A stretch of DNA of 64,000 nt from Candidatus Parcubacteria bacterium (lineage in GTDB: Bacteria; Patescibacteriota; Minisyncoccia; UBA6257; 2-01-FULL-56-20), in NCBI GenBank assembly GCA_027355945.1, contig DAIEHA010000003.1, forward strand, positions 5,769 through 69,768. Reading direction: 5' to 3'. Below, in pieces: positions 8,527 to 18,169 of the stretch. The translations under genes were made by a program, and so were the position numbers. Position 1 is the first letter of the stretch. The number at the start of each line of letters is the position of its first letter. The notes below the pieces were generated by a model, which searched no databases, had not been told where the DNA came from, and worked only from the letters and a program-made list of their open reading frames with translations.

Positions 8527-10161
8527 ATGGCACAGGATGCCCCGAATCCTTATATCAGCAAAAAGGACGACGGCAGGGTCGTGATAACCCCGGAAGGGAA
8601 CGAGCTCCTGAGGAAGATCGTGACCGATGCCGAGGGTCCCGTATACGCGTTCACGGACAAAGCCTCTCCCCTTTTCGCCGCAGCGGCGATGGCACGCCTC
8701 TCGCGCCGCGGGAGCGATCTGCGGGAGATCTTCCTCGATGAGTTTGCGACGGCGGGAGATCAGGGTGCGGAAGGACTCATCGATCGCGTGGTCACGGGCT
8801 ACGGCGATGACTCGGTGCAGCAGCTCATCACGGTCGCAGCCGTAGTGGAGGACGCATCGAACCTCCTCACGAAAAAGATCGAACGAAGCCGTCTCGCTTC
8901 CTATCTCGAACAATCGACCCGCTACATCTATTACGATAAGAAGGACGAAAACGGCGCATACCGGTATTTCACGCCGATGAACCTTCCGAATGCGCTTGCG
9001 GAAAGATACCGCGCATCGCTCGATCGCATCTTCGACCTCTATTCCGAGATAGTCCGCGGAACGACCGAATACGTACAGGGGAAGAATCCCGCTCCCGCGG
9101 TCCCGCCGGACGGCGACCGCACGGAGCTCATCGCGTGGCGCGGCGCCACGCGCGCGCAGGCATGCGACGCTGCGCGCTCCCTTCTTCCCGTGGCGACGAA
9201 ATCCACGGTCGGCATCGTTGCATCGGCACAGGCAATGGAGGCGATGATCCGACGCCTTCTCGCCGAACCGCTCGAGGAAGCGAACACGGCGGGGCGCATG
9301 CTCCTCCGGGAATCGCGCAAAGTGATCGGCGCGTTCCTCAAGCGCGCAGACCTGCCGGACCGCGGTCTCGCATGGGTGATGTACCTTCGCGAGACAAAAG
9401 ACACCTTGCGATCGCTCGCCGCACGCTATCTTCCTCAGAAAAGCGCCGACTTCTCCGAACCGGTACGCCTTATCGGCGCATCCATCAAAGACGAGATGGA
9501 TCTCGTACCCGATATGCTCTTCGAGACAAGCACGCTTTCGGAAGCGGAGCTGCGCGCCGCGGTCGCTGCATGGCCCTTCGCGCGGAGGCAGGAAGTGTTC
9601 GATGCCTATATGGGTACGCGCATGAACCGGCGCCACAAACCGGGCCGCGCGCTCGAAAAGCTCCACTATGAATGGGAGGTGACGGCGGATTACGGAACCT
9701 TCCGCGATCTCCAGCGCCATCGCATCGTGGATGCATGGGAATGGCAGAATCTCACGGTGGACTACGGCTACGAGGTTCCCGATCTCATTAAAGAAGCGGG
9801 GTTCGAGGCGCGATTCCGCGAATGTTTCGCGGAATCGGAATCCCTCTTCGGTGCGATGACGGATGCGGGATTCGCAGAGGAGGCGCAATACGCGACGCTC
9901 CTCGGACACCGGCTTCGGTACCGCTTCATGATGAATGCGCGGGAGGCGTTCCATCTCCTCGAGCTCCGCACATCCCCGCAGGGCCATCCGGGATACCGGA
10001 AGATCTGCCAGGAGATGCATCGGCAGCTCTCCCTCATCCATCCCCGCCTTGGCGCGGCAATGAGGTTCGTGAACCAGTCAGGGGATCCCCCTCTCACCCG
10101 TCTCGATGCCGAACGCGCGACCCAATTGAAGCTCAAGCTCCTCGAGGAAGAGGGACGATAA
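8527..10161 (+). CDS. thyX: FAD-dependent thymidylate synthase, tandem two-domain ThyX
   Basis: GYGDDS and RSRLASYLEQSTRY in the first domain; FRDLQRHR, MNAREAFHLLELRT and GHPGYR in the second. Confidence 0.88.
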   Translation: MAQDAPNPYISKKDDGRVVITPEGNELLRKIVTDAEGPVYAFTDKASPLFAAAAMARLSRRGSDLREIFLDEFATAGDQGAEGLIDRVVTGYGDDSVQQLITVAAVVEDASNLLTKKIERSRLASYLEQSTRYIYYDKKDENGAYRYFTPMNLPNALAERYRASLDRIFDLYSEIVRGTTEYVQGKNPAPAVPPDGDRTELIAWRGATRAQACDAARSLLPVATKSTVGIVASAQAMEAMIRRLLAEPLEEANTAGRMLLRESRKVIGAFLKRADLPDRGLAWVMYLRETKDTLRSLAARYLPQKSADFSEPVRLIGASIKDEMDLVPDMLFETSTLSEAELRAAVAAWPFARRQEVFDAYMGTRMNRRHKPGRALEKLHYEWEVTADYGTFRDLQRHRIVDAWEWQNLTVDYGYEVPDLIKEAGFEARFRECFAESESLFGAMTDAGFAEEAQYATLLGHRLRYRFMMNAREAFHLLELRTSPQGHPGYRKICQEMHRQLSLIHPRLGAAMRFVNQSGDPPLTRLDAERATQLKLKLLEEEGR

Positions 10162-10185
10162 AAAAATAGGGGCGCCCTTGCGTCC

Positions 10186-10815
10186 CTACCCCATGATATC
10201 CGTCATACGACCGACGATGGTCCGTGCGATCTCTTCGGGAGGCGCCGCTCCGTCGATCCGCTCGATGAGCCCGGGGAACACGTCGCGTTGCGCGAGATAT
10301 CCCTCGCGCACGCGGGCGTGAAATGCATCGTCCATGACATCGTAGCGGGAGGTCTTGTCCGCAGCATCCTTGGTGAGCCGCCGGCGGATCTCTTCGGGTG
10401 GGATATCGAGGAGGAAGATCCTGTCAGGCATCCTCCCTCCCATGGCCCTCATGCAGACCTCCCGCGTGAACACGGGATCGAGGCCTTCGACGTAGGACTG
10501 ATATGCCATCGTCGAAAGGAACGAACGGTCGCCGATCACGATCTTTCCCGCGGCGAGCGCGGGTTCGACCACCTCATGCATCCACTGCCGGCGCGACGCG
10601 TTGAAAAGCAGCATGCTCGTAAGGGGCTGGATGGTCCCTTCGTTCCCCGGATCGAGAAGTACGGCACGGATCCGTTCGCCGATGGCGGTCCCGCCCGGCT
10701 CACGGCTTGCAAGGACGTCGTAGCCGAGGTCCCCAAGCGCGCTCCCGATGAGGCGCAGCTGGGTGGTCTTCCCTGCGGCCTCGACCCCTTCTAAGATGAA
10801 AAAACCCGATTTCAT
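10186..10815 (-). CDS. tmk: Thymidylate kinase
   Basis: FILEGVEAAGKTTQ, REPGGT and DRSFLSTMAYQ. Start set at ATG 10815, preceded by an AGGAG SD. Confidence 0.93.
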   Translation of the reverse strand: MKSGFFILEGVEAAGKTTQLRLIGSALGDLGYDVLASREPGGTAIGERIRAVLLDPGNEGTIQPLTSMLLFNASRRQWMHEVVEPALAAGKIVIGDRSFLSTMAYQSYVEGLDPVFTREVCMRAMGGRMPDRIFLLDIPPEEIRRRLTKDAADKTSRYDVMDDAFHARVREGYLAQRDVFPGLIERIDGAAPPEEIARTIVGRMTDIMG

Positions 10816-10862
10816 GCGGTCAATGCTCCTGTGCGAAGATGGCGTTCTCGCATTACGATACC

Positions 10863-11456
10863 TTATTTCCCGAACCGCATCCACCCGTTGTTCTTTTTGA
10901 AATTCTTCCAATACTGGGAGGCTTGAGGCTTCATGGCGCCGTAGTATTTGCTGCCGAGCGAGGACTTGCCGTACGGATGCTCCGCAGGCGAGGAAAGCGG
11001 TGTGAAGGACATCTGGGCGATGGGCATCTTATAGTAGAGCTTGATGGGCAAAGGCGAGACGTTGTGAAGTTCAAGCGTCATTTTGAGCCTGTTGCCGGGA
11101 TCAAGATATCCGGCCGTGGCATGGATGAGAAGACCGATGCGGCCGAGCGAAGACTTCCCCTCAAGGCGCCCCACGATATCATCGGCGACCCCAGTGACCT
11201 CGTACGTCATACCGAGGGCGAACTCCCCGGGATGGAGGATGAACTGCCGGCTGCCATCGATCGAGACGCGTCCCATCATCTCATCGATGGGCTCCTTCGG
11301 GTCGATGTGCACATACCGCTCGGTATGGAACACAAGGAAATCCGCGCCAAGATGAAGGTCGACGGAAGCGGGCTGGAGCGCATGGGGGAACAAAGGATCG
11401 ATGACGATACGCCCCTCTTTGATCGCTTTTTTAATATCACGGTCGGAAAGGATCAT
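10863..11456 (-). CDS. dcd: dCTP deaminase
   Basis: MILSDRDI, QPASVDLHLG, LEGKSSLGRIGL, TAGYLDPG and TLELHN. Confidence 0.95.
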   Translation of the reverse strand: MILSDRDIKKAIKEGRIVIDPLFPHALQPASVDLHLGADFLVFHTERYVHIDPKEPIDEMMGRVSIDGSRQFILHPGEFALGMTYEVTGVADDIVGRLEGKSSLGRIGLLIHATAGYLDPGNRLKMTLELHNVSPLPIKLYYKMPIAQMSFTPLSSPAEHPYGKSSLGSKYYGAMKPQASQYWKNFKKNNGWMRFGK

Positions 11457-11515
11457 TACTCCTGATTGTAGGCGAGGCGTGAGGAATGCGCAACGCCGAA
11501 TGGGGCCGCGCAGAT

Positions 11516-11550
11516 AAAAAAAGGCGGCTGCACGTGAACGTGCGCCGCCT
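11516..11550 (-). terminator. Intrinsic terminator of the RlpA-like gene
   Basis: Minus strand reads GGCGGCGCACG-TTCA-CGTGCAGCCGCC followed by T7. Confidence 0.8.
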
Positions 11551-11579
11551 GCGATGGGAATATGCCTGAGACCACTCGA

Positions 11580-12038
11580 TCATCGAGCGGTATAGGCCAC
11601 CACCTCGTACATCACCGACACCACGCCATCATCGCGCATGCCGATCAGGTCCGCCGCGCGGGCGGAGAAGTCGAACTCGCGTCCCCTGAATCCCGGGGCG
11701 CGATCTCTGACAGGAAGGGTCATTGCTTTCCCGTTCCTGAGGTTGACGATGCGGACGACAGTACCGATCGGGAACGATCGGCTTGCCACAAATACGTCGT
11801 CTTTCCAGTAACGCACGCCGTCCTTCCGAAAATGGAAAAAGAATCCAGGTCCGTACCATGAGGCTTGTGCGAACCGCCAATGGGTCCTTGTCCCATGATA
11901 CGTCGGAGAGGAAGACGTGAACGTTGAAGAAGCGGCGAACAGCGGCCTCGGACAGAGACCTGTGATGGCAAGCGTAATCACTACGATCCTGCCAAGGACA
12001 GCGATCTCTTTCAAAAGCCACCTTCCGAATTTGTGCAA
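11580..12038 (-). CDS. RlpA-like (double-psi beta-barrel) lytic transglycosylase, secreted
   Basis: ASWYG, ASRSFPIGTVVRIVNLRNGK, VRDRAP and DFSARAA; TTG start with an AAGGAG SD; signal peptide. Confidence 0.85.
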   Translation of the reverse strand: MHKFGRWLLKEIAVLGRIVVITLAITGLCPRPLFAASSTFTSSSPTYHGTRTHWRFAQASWYGPGFFFHFRKDGVRYWKDDVFVASRSFPIGTVVRIVNLRNGKAMTLPVRDRAPGFRGREFDFSARAADLIGMRDDGVVSVMYEVVAYTAR

Positions 12039-12117
12039 TGGACTTTCTCCTTCTGTGTGCGTTGTGATGGTGCTGACTGCGAGATGCGAGACCTCTCAAA
12101 GCCGTACTGCAAGGTAC

Positions 12118-12144
12118 TACGCATTGCGGGATGGAAAAGTTGCA
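12118..12144 (-). promoter_or_regulatory. Candidate ECF-type promoter for the RlpA-like gene
   Basis: Minus strand reads TGCAAC-TTTTCCATCCCGCAATG-CGTA, i.e. AAC, a T-tract, 17-nt spacer, CGTA. Confidence 0.5.
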
Positions 12145-12208
12145 TGGATGATGATGCGCATATCAGCCTCTCCTCCAAGGGCCCGCGTCATTCCACTCCT
12201 TCCCACGT

Positions 12209-12252
12209 TCAGAAACGAAAGCAGCCCCTTGGGGAGCTGTATTCGTTTCTGA
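12209..12252 (-). terminator. Long inverted repeat immediately 3' of tRNA-Gly
   Basis: TCAGAAACGAA...TTCGTTTCTGA outer arms around an inner CAGC..GCTG stem. Confidence 0.7.
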
Positions 12253-12322
12253 GCGGGTAACGGGAGTCGAACCCGTCTCTTCACCATGGCAAGGTGACAT
12301 AATACCGATATACGATACCCGC
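12252..12322 (-). tRNA. tRNA-Gly(GCC), CCA not encoded
   Basis: Acceptor GCGGGTA/TACCCGC, anticodon arm TCACC-TTGCCAT-GGTGA, T-arm GGGTTCGACTCCC. Confidence 0.95.
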
Positions 12323-12496
12323 AACGTTGACTGCTTCATTGTATCGATTTCCGGAAGAAAATCAAATATAAAAACGACGTCAAAACTGTTGCACATTTTT
12401 TACACAAGAATGCGATGAAACCAAAGCCTACGGACCACATCATCCCGCAAGGGAAGTATGTTTGTTCCCCATTCCATAAGAAGATAGAATGAAAGT

Positions 12497-13819
12497 ATGA
12501 AAATAAAGAACTTCGACGATCTCGCGACGACGGATGCGCGTCGTGCGATTCTCGCGATCGCCGAAGCGGGGCTCGAGGCGATCGACACGGAAACGGCGAT
12601 GCGGGACATGATCCGCATGGAGGACGACCATACGCTCCACCTCGGCGACGGTACGGGAAGCGGAACCCAGCCTCTCACGTTCGACCTCGATGCGGTAGGG
12701 AGCATCGTCCTCATCGCGATAGGGAAATGCGCGGCCGAGGCGGGAGCGGTTGCGGAAGACATCCTTGGCGAACGCATCTCCCGGGGCGTCGTGGTGGATG
12801 TGAAGGCATGCCCCCCATCGAAGACCGGACGCATCGCGGCATTCTGCGGCACCCATCCCCTCCCCTCGGAAGAGAATCTGCATGCCGCACAGGCCATCGT
12901 CGCGGCGCTCAAAGGGCTTTCGGAGAAGGACCTCGTCATCTTCGTGGTCTCGGGCGGCGGATCGACGCTTCTTTTCCTCCCCCAGGACCCTGCGAACCGC
13001 GAAGAGGCGAATATCTTCACGATGCTCACGAATGCGGGAGCCGGCATCGAGGAGATCAACACCGTCCGCAAGCACGTATCGTATGCGCGGGGCGGGTATC
13101 TTGCGAAAGATGCCTATCCCGCGCGGGTTGTTTCGCTCATCATCAGCGACGTACCGGGCGACGACATATCCTTTGTCGCATCCGGCCCGACAGTGAAAGA
13201 CCTTTCGACCATCGGGGATGCAACCGCCATCCTTGAACGCTATGGCGTCTTGAAGACCTGCTCCCTTGAACAATGCGGCCTCATCGAAACCCCGAAGGAG
13301 GATGAATACTTCAAAAGGGTGACGAACGTCCTTGCGGTCTCGAATGGAAAGGCGCTCGAGGCCATGCGCCGCGCCGCCCGGAAGATGGGCTACGGCGCCG
13401 AGGTGCGGAGCACGAAGCTGACCGGGGAAGCGGAGGATGTTGCGAAGATGGTGGCGTTCGAACTCCGGTCCGCGCCCGCGCATTCGGTGCTCCTCTGGGG
13501 AGGAGAGACGACCGTCACGGTCCGCAATGAAAAAGGCGAGGGCGGGCGGAACCTCCAGCTCTGTCTTGCGGCGATCCCTTTGGTCGCAGAGAACGAGATC
13601 ATCCTTTCGCTCGCCTCCGACGGACGGGATCACGGCGAGTTCGCGGGTGCGCTCGGAGATGCAGTCACAAGAAAGGCGATCGCCGCTGCGGGCCTCGATG
13701 CGGCGGCGGCGCTTGCCGCGGATGACAGTTATCCTCTTTTCAGAAAAGCGGGGAACTGGGTCATGACGGGCGACACGGGATCGAACGTGTCAGACCTCAT
13801 CATCGCCCTCAAATCGTAA
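12497..13819 (+). CDS. Glycerate kinase, MOFRL/DUF4147 (TtuD/GckA-like) family
   Basis: IGKCA, HPLP, VSGGGS, EINTVRKH, SDVPGDD..VASGPT, GGETTV, GGRN and TGSNVSD. Confidence 0.9.
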   Translation: MKIKNFDDLATTDARRAILAIAEAGLEAIDTETAMRDMIRMEDDHTLHLGDGTGSGTQPLTFDLDAVGSIVLIAIGKCAAEAGAVAEDILGERISRGVVVDVKACPPSKTGRIAAFCGTHPLPSEENLHAAQAIVAALKGLSEKDLVIFVVSGGGSTLLFLPQDPANREEANIFTMLTNAGAGIEEINTVRKHVSYARGGYLAKDAYPARVVSLIISDVPGDDISFVASGPTVKDLSTIGDATAILERYGVLKTCSLEQCGLIETPKEDEYFKRVTNVLAVSNGKALEAMRRAARKMGYGAEVRSTKLTGEAEDVAKMVAFELRSAPAHSVLLWGGETTVTVRNEKGEGGRNLQLCLAAIPLVAENEIILSLASDGRDHGEFAGALGDAVTRKAIAAAGLDAAAALAADDSYPLFRKAGNWVMTGDTGSNVSDLIIALKS

Positions 13820-14008
13820 CCTTTGCACATGCCTTCTTCCCCTGCCATCAACGCCCGGTCTCCGGACGAAGCGGAATACCGCGGGTTCCCCCCGGAGATC
13901 CGATCCGGAAGGACGTCCGCACTCCGCGGCACGCGGATGGGATAAGTGGGCGCGGACGGGCCGATATGGAATAGGAAAATACCAATCAATCATACATATA
14001 TATACATC

Positions 14009-16456
14009 ATGGACAACACGCGATTCACGGTACGGTACGAAGAAGTGGGTATACAAGACGTGGGACAGGTCGGCGGCAAGAATGCCTCGCTCGGCGAGAT
14101 GATCCGCACGCTGAAGGCGAAAGGAGTGCCCGTGCCCTCGGGCTTCGTCGTCACTGCCGCGGCATATTTCCATTTCATGGAACAGACCGGCCTCGATGTA
14201 TTCATCCGCAAGACGCTTGAAGGCCTCGATACGAAGAATCTGAGGGACCTCGAGCGGCGCGGCAAGATCGTCCGGGATGCCATCATGAGAAAGGAGTTCC
14301 CTGCGGATCTCTCAAAAGAGATCGTGGCGCGATATCACGAACTTGAGAAGCGCTACGGCAAGGGTTCGGATGTTGCAGTGAGATCGTCCGCGACCGCAGA
14401 GGACCTTCCCGGCGCAAGCTTTGCAGGAGAGCAGGAAAGCTATCTCGGCATCCGCGGCGCAAAGGAGGTGCTCGTCGCGGTGCGCGCCACGATGGCATCG
14501 CTCTTCACCGATCGCGCCATCTCCTACCGCGCCGACCGCCATTTCGACCATATGAAGATCGCGCTCTCGGCGGGCGTGCAGAAGATGGTGCGCTCGGATA
14601 AGGCATGCTCCGGCGTCATGTTCACACTCGACACCGAATCGGGATTCCCGAACATCGTGATCATCAACGGCTCGTGGGGGCTCGGCGAGATGATCGTGAA
14701 AGGCGAGGTGACCCCCGATGAGTTCATCGTCTGGAAGGAAGGCATGAAGAAAGGCATCAAATCCCCCATCATCGACAAAAAGCTCGGCGTGAAGCTTCGT
14801 AAGATGATCTACCATAAAGGCAAAGACATCCAGCAGACGAAGATCGTTCCCACATCGCCGAAGGAACGGGATTCATTCGTGCTGACCGACAAGGAAGCGA
14901 TGCAGCTCGCACGCTGGGGCGCCATCGTGGAGGAGCACTATACCGAGCATTACAAGAAATGGACGCCGATGGACATGGAATGGGCGAAGGACGGCGCGAC
15001 GGGGGAGATCTTCGTCGTCCAGGCGCGTCCCGAGACGGTGCATGCAAACCAGGATTTCTCGAAGCTCAAAGAGTATGAGCTCATGAAGGGCTCCGCGGAC
15101 AGGCCGGCCGTCACGGGATCTTCCGTGGGATCGAGCATAGCAAGCGGCAAGGCCCGCGTCATCCTCGATGCCAAGCACATCAACGATTTCAAGAAGGGCG
15201 AGGTGCTCGTGACCACGATGACCGACCCCGACTGGGAACCGATCATGAAGATCGCGAGCGCGATCGTGACGGACAAAGGCGGCCGTACCTCGCATGCGGC
15301 AATCGTCTCGCGCGAACTCGGGATCCCCGCGATCGTGGGCACGGAGACGGCGACAAAGGCCGTGAAGACGGGCGACGTCGTCACGGTGGATACGACCGGC
15401 AGCACCGGCTCGCTCTATAAAGGAGCGATCAAGTTCAAAGTAACGGAGCACGACCTCAAGAAGATCGCACGTCCAAAGACGAAGATCATGGTGAACGTGG
15501 CGGTGCCGGAGAACGCGTTCGCAGATTCCTTCCTTCCGCAATCGGGCGTCGGTCTCGCACGCGAGGAGTTCATCATTGCCTCCAAGATGGGCCTCCATCC
15601 CCTTGCGCTCCTCGACATGAAGGCGCTCAAACCGGCGGTGCGCAAGGCGATCAAGGAAAAGATGCGCGGCTGGAACGATCCGCGGAAATACTACGTGGAC
15701 AATCTTGCATTCGGCATCGCGAAGATCGGCGCAGCATTCTGGCCGAACCACGTGATCGTGCGCTTCAGCGATTTCAAATCGAACGAATACCGCACGCTCC
15801 TCGGCGGAGAGGCCTACGAACCGCATGAGGAGAACCCGATGATCGGATGGCGCGGCGCGTCCCGTTATTACGATCCCAAGTTCCGTCCGGCGTTCATGAT
15901 GGAGGCGGAGGCGATCAAAAGGGTGCGCGAGGAGATCGGCCTTACGAACGTCATCCCGATGGTGCCCTTCTGCCGCACGGTGGAAGAAGGCGTGAAGACG
16001 CAGGAAGCGATGGCGGAAGCGGGCCTCATCACGAACTACATCGCGGCCCGCGACAAGAAGAAGACGGCGGATATCACCCCCATCTACGTAATGTGCGAGA
16101 TCCCCGCGAACGTGCTCCTTGCCGACCGCTTCCTCGACATCTTCGACGGCATGTCGATCGGTTCGAACGACCTCACCCAGCTCACGCTCGGCCTCGACCG
16201 GGATTCGGGCATCGTAAGTCATGTGGCGAACGAGAAGAATGAAGCGGTGAAGAAGTTGATCGCCGAGGTCGTGCCCGCATGCCTCGCCCGCAAGAAATAC
16301 ATCGGCATCTGCGGCCAGGCGCCCTCGGACTATCCCGACTTCGCGCAATTCCTCGTTACGCTCGGCATCGAAAGCATGTCCCTCAATCCGGACACCGTCG
16401 TCCGCACCACGATGGCCGTTGCAAAGGAGGAGGAGATCCTTGGAAAGAAGCGCTAG
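14009..16456 (+). CDS. ppsA: Phosphoenolpyruvate synthase
   Basis: VGGKNASLGEM, VAVRSSATAEDL, GGRTSHAAIVSRE (phospho-His), SIGSNDLTQL and GICGQAPSD. Start set at ATG 14009. Confidence 0.96.
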   Translation: MDNTRFTVRYEEVGIQDVGQVGGKNASLGEMIRTLKAKGVPVPSGFVVTAAAYFHFMEQTGLDVFIRKTLEGLDTKNLRDLERRGKIVRDAIMRKEFPADLSKEIVARYHELEKRYGKGSDVAVRSSATAEDLPGASFAGEQESYLGIRGAKEVLVAVRATMASLFTDRAISYRADRHFDHMKIALSAGVQKMVRSDKACSGVMFTLDTESGFPNIVIINGSWGLGEMIVKGEVTPDEFIVWKEGMKKGIKSPIIDKKLGVKLRKMIYHKGKDIQQTKIVPTSPKERDSFVLTDKEAMQLARWGAIVEEHYTEHYKKWTPMDMEWAKDGATGEIFVVQARPETVHANQDFSKLKEYELMKGSADRPAVTGSSVGSSIASGKARVILDAKHINDFKKGEVLVTTMTDPDWEPIMKIASAIVTDKGGRTSHAAIVSRELGIPAIVGTETATKAVKTGDVVTVDTTGSTGSLYKGAIKFKVTEHDLKKIARPKTKIMVNVAVPENAFADSFLPQSGVGLAREEFIIASKMGLHPLALLDMKALKPAVRKAIKEKMRGWNDPRKYYVDNLAFGIAKIGAAFWPNHVIVRFSDFKSNEYRTLLGGEAYEPHEENPMIGWRGASRYYDPKFRPAFMMEAEAIKRVREEIGLTNVIPMVPFCRTVEEGVKTQEAMAEAGLITNYIAARDKKKTADITPIYVMCEIPANVLLADRFLDIFDGMSIGSNDLTQLTLGLDRDSGIVSHVANEKNEAVKKLIAEVVPACLARKKYIGICGQAPSDYPDFAQFLVTLGIESMSLNPDTVVRTTMAVAKEEEILGKKR

Positions 16457-16514
16457 GAACGCGCAGGGTTCGAGGGAGCGACGATAAGAACGGGGCCGGG
16501 CAGTGTATGAAAAA

Positions 16515-16543
16515 GGGCGCGGATATGCATCCGCGCCCCGTTT
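16515..16543. terminator. Hairpin/terminator after ppsA
   Basis: GGGCGCGGAT-ATGC-ATCCGCGCCC flanked by an A-run and a short T-run. Confidence 0.65.
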
Positions 16544-16561
16544 CGCATATATAATAAGAGC

Positions 16562-16948
16562 ATGCCCAAAAACGACACAATGGATCCGCCTCAGAACCTT
16601 CCGGAACGGGGGTTCTATTATCACTACAAACACGATCCCGCGGGACCGCTCAACAACTATGCGTATGAGGTACTTGGCACGGGATGCGCCACGGAAACGG
16701 ACTGGAAGGACCCGGATGCGTACATGGTGATCTATCGGCCGCTCTACGGGGAATCGCCCGCATATCAGGCGGGCCGACTCTGGTTCCTGCGTCCCGCAGC
16801 GATGTTCATGGGGGATATACCCGGGAACGACGGCGCGCCGCCCATGCCGCGCTTCCATAAGATCTGCAATCCCGAGATCGTCGCCGAGCTCATGGCGGCG
16901 AAGGAGCGCATGTACGGAAAAGGGAATGGCAGCAGAGTGGCGGGATGA
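16562..16948 (+). CDS. DUF1653-family protein
   Basis: YYHYK...YEV...ET...VIYRPLYG...LWFLRPAAMF pattern; TATAAT lies 6 nt upstream of the ATG. Confidence 0.75.
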   Translation: MPKNDTMDPPQNLPERGFYYHYKHDPAGPLNNYAYEVLGTGCATETDWKDPDAYMVIYRPLYGESPAYQAGRLWFLRPAAMFMGDIPGNDGAPPMPRFHKICNPEIVAELMAAKERMYGKGNGSRVAG

Positions 16949-17050
16949 GGTGGCGGCGCGCCGCAGCGGCGTGCACCGATGGCGCTGACGCGCCTTCGGT
17001 GCCGCCGTCGTCCAAGGTAATGGCAACAGGGGCAATGGTATAATGGAGAC

Positions 17051-18046
17051 ATGAACACAAACCATAAAGCGGCATTTTTCAACTTTGAAAAGTGGGGTGA
17101 GGAAGGCAAACAGTATGTGGCCGAAAACCAAGCGCTCCGCGATGCGGGGGTGGGAGTTGAGATCATGAGCAGCGTTCTTGGCGAGAATACCCTTCCGGCA
17201 GACAAGGATTTCGATATTGCGGCCGTATTCATGGATTCCCCCGTGAATGCTAAAACGATCGAGGCGCTCCCCGATCTCAAATTCATTGCGACGATGTCGA
17301 CGGGATTCGATCATATCGACCTCGCGGCGGCGGCGGCGCGGGGGATCCCCGTATCTTCCGTGCCCGCATACGGGGAGAACACCGTCGCTGAGTTCGCATT
17401 CGCGCTCATCCTTGCGCTTTCGCGCAAGGTGCGGGAATCGAGCGCGCGGGTCCAGGTGGAGCACCGCTTCGCGACCGACGGCCTCTGCGGATTCGACCTC
17501 AAAGGAAAGACGCTCGGCGTGATCGGCACCGGCCGCATCGGGAAGCATGCCATACAGATCGGGAAAGGGTTTGCGATGGACATCGTCGCCTATGACGTGT
17601 TCCACGACGATGCGTTCGCAAAGGAAGTGGGCTTCCCCTATCTCGAGCTCGGCGACCTTCTCTCGCGGAGCGACGTCATCACCATCCATGCGCCCTATCT
17701 TCCGAGCACACATCATCTGATCAATAGCGGGAACATCGGACTCGTAAAAAAGGGCGCATATATCGTGAACACCGCGCGAGGCGCCATCATAGAGACGGCG
17801 GCGCTCAGGACGGCGCTCCAGAGCGGACAGTTGGGTGGCGCGGGGCTCGACGTGCTCGAAGAGGAAGCATCCATGAAGGCGGGCGACGTCTCCGTCGATG
17901 CCGACCTCATGTCGCTTCCGAACGTCATCGTCACCCCCCACAACGCCTTCAATACGCGCGAAGCGTACTTCAGGATCCTTGATACCACGATCGAGAACAT
18001 CATCGCGTTCACAAAAGGATCTCCGACGAACATCGTGAGGGGGTAG
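17051..18046 (+). CDS. D-isomer-specific 2-hydroxyacid dehydrogenase (D-lactate/hydroxypyruvate reductase-like)
   Basis: STGFDHID, GVIGTGRIG, NTARG, GLDVLEEE and VTPHNAF. Confidence 0.92.
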   Translation: MNTNHKAAFFNFEKWGEEGKQYVAENQALRDAGVGVEIMSSVLGENTLPADKDFDIAAVFMDSPVNAKTIEALPDLKFIATMSTGFDHIDLAAAAARGIPVSSVPAYGENTVAEFAFALILALSRKVRESSARVQVEHRFATDGLCGFDLKGKTLGVIGTGRIGKHAIQIGKGFAMDIVAYDVFHDDAFAKEVGFPYLELGDLLSRSDVITIHAPYLPSTHHLINSGNIGLVKKGAYIVNTARGAIIETAALRTALQSGQLGGAGLDVLEEEASMKAGDVSVDADLMSLPNVIVTPHNAFNTREAYFRILDTTIENIIAFTKGSPTNIVRG

Positions 18047-18125
18047 GAGGGATGCGATAAGGGAGTGCCGGAAAAACGCCGCAGCAGGGAGTGGCGGCAA
18101 CGGGAGAAGATGGCGACGGGAGCAC

Positions 18126-18152
18126 AAAAAGGCCGATCCATGAGGATCGGCC
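18126..18152 (-). terminator. Intrinsic terminator
   Basis: GGCCGATCC-TCAT-GGATCGGCC followed by T5 on the minus strand. Confidence 0.75.
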
Positions 18153-18169
18153 GCGCTTCTTCATCCCGG

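Noticed and set aside
14873-18127. 1084-aa minus-strand ORF spanning ppsA, DUF1653 and the dehydrogenase
   Set aside because: Shadow ORF. The three real plus-strand genes share the same frame (starts 14009, 16562 and 17051 are congruent mod 3), so the stop-poor antisense frame of GC-rich codons runs through them; no motifs are present.
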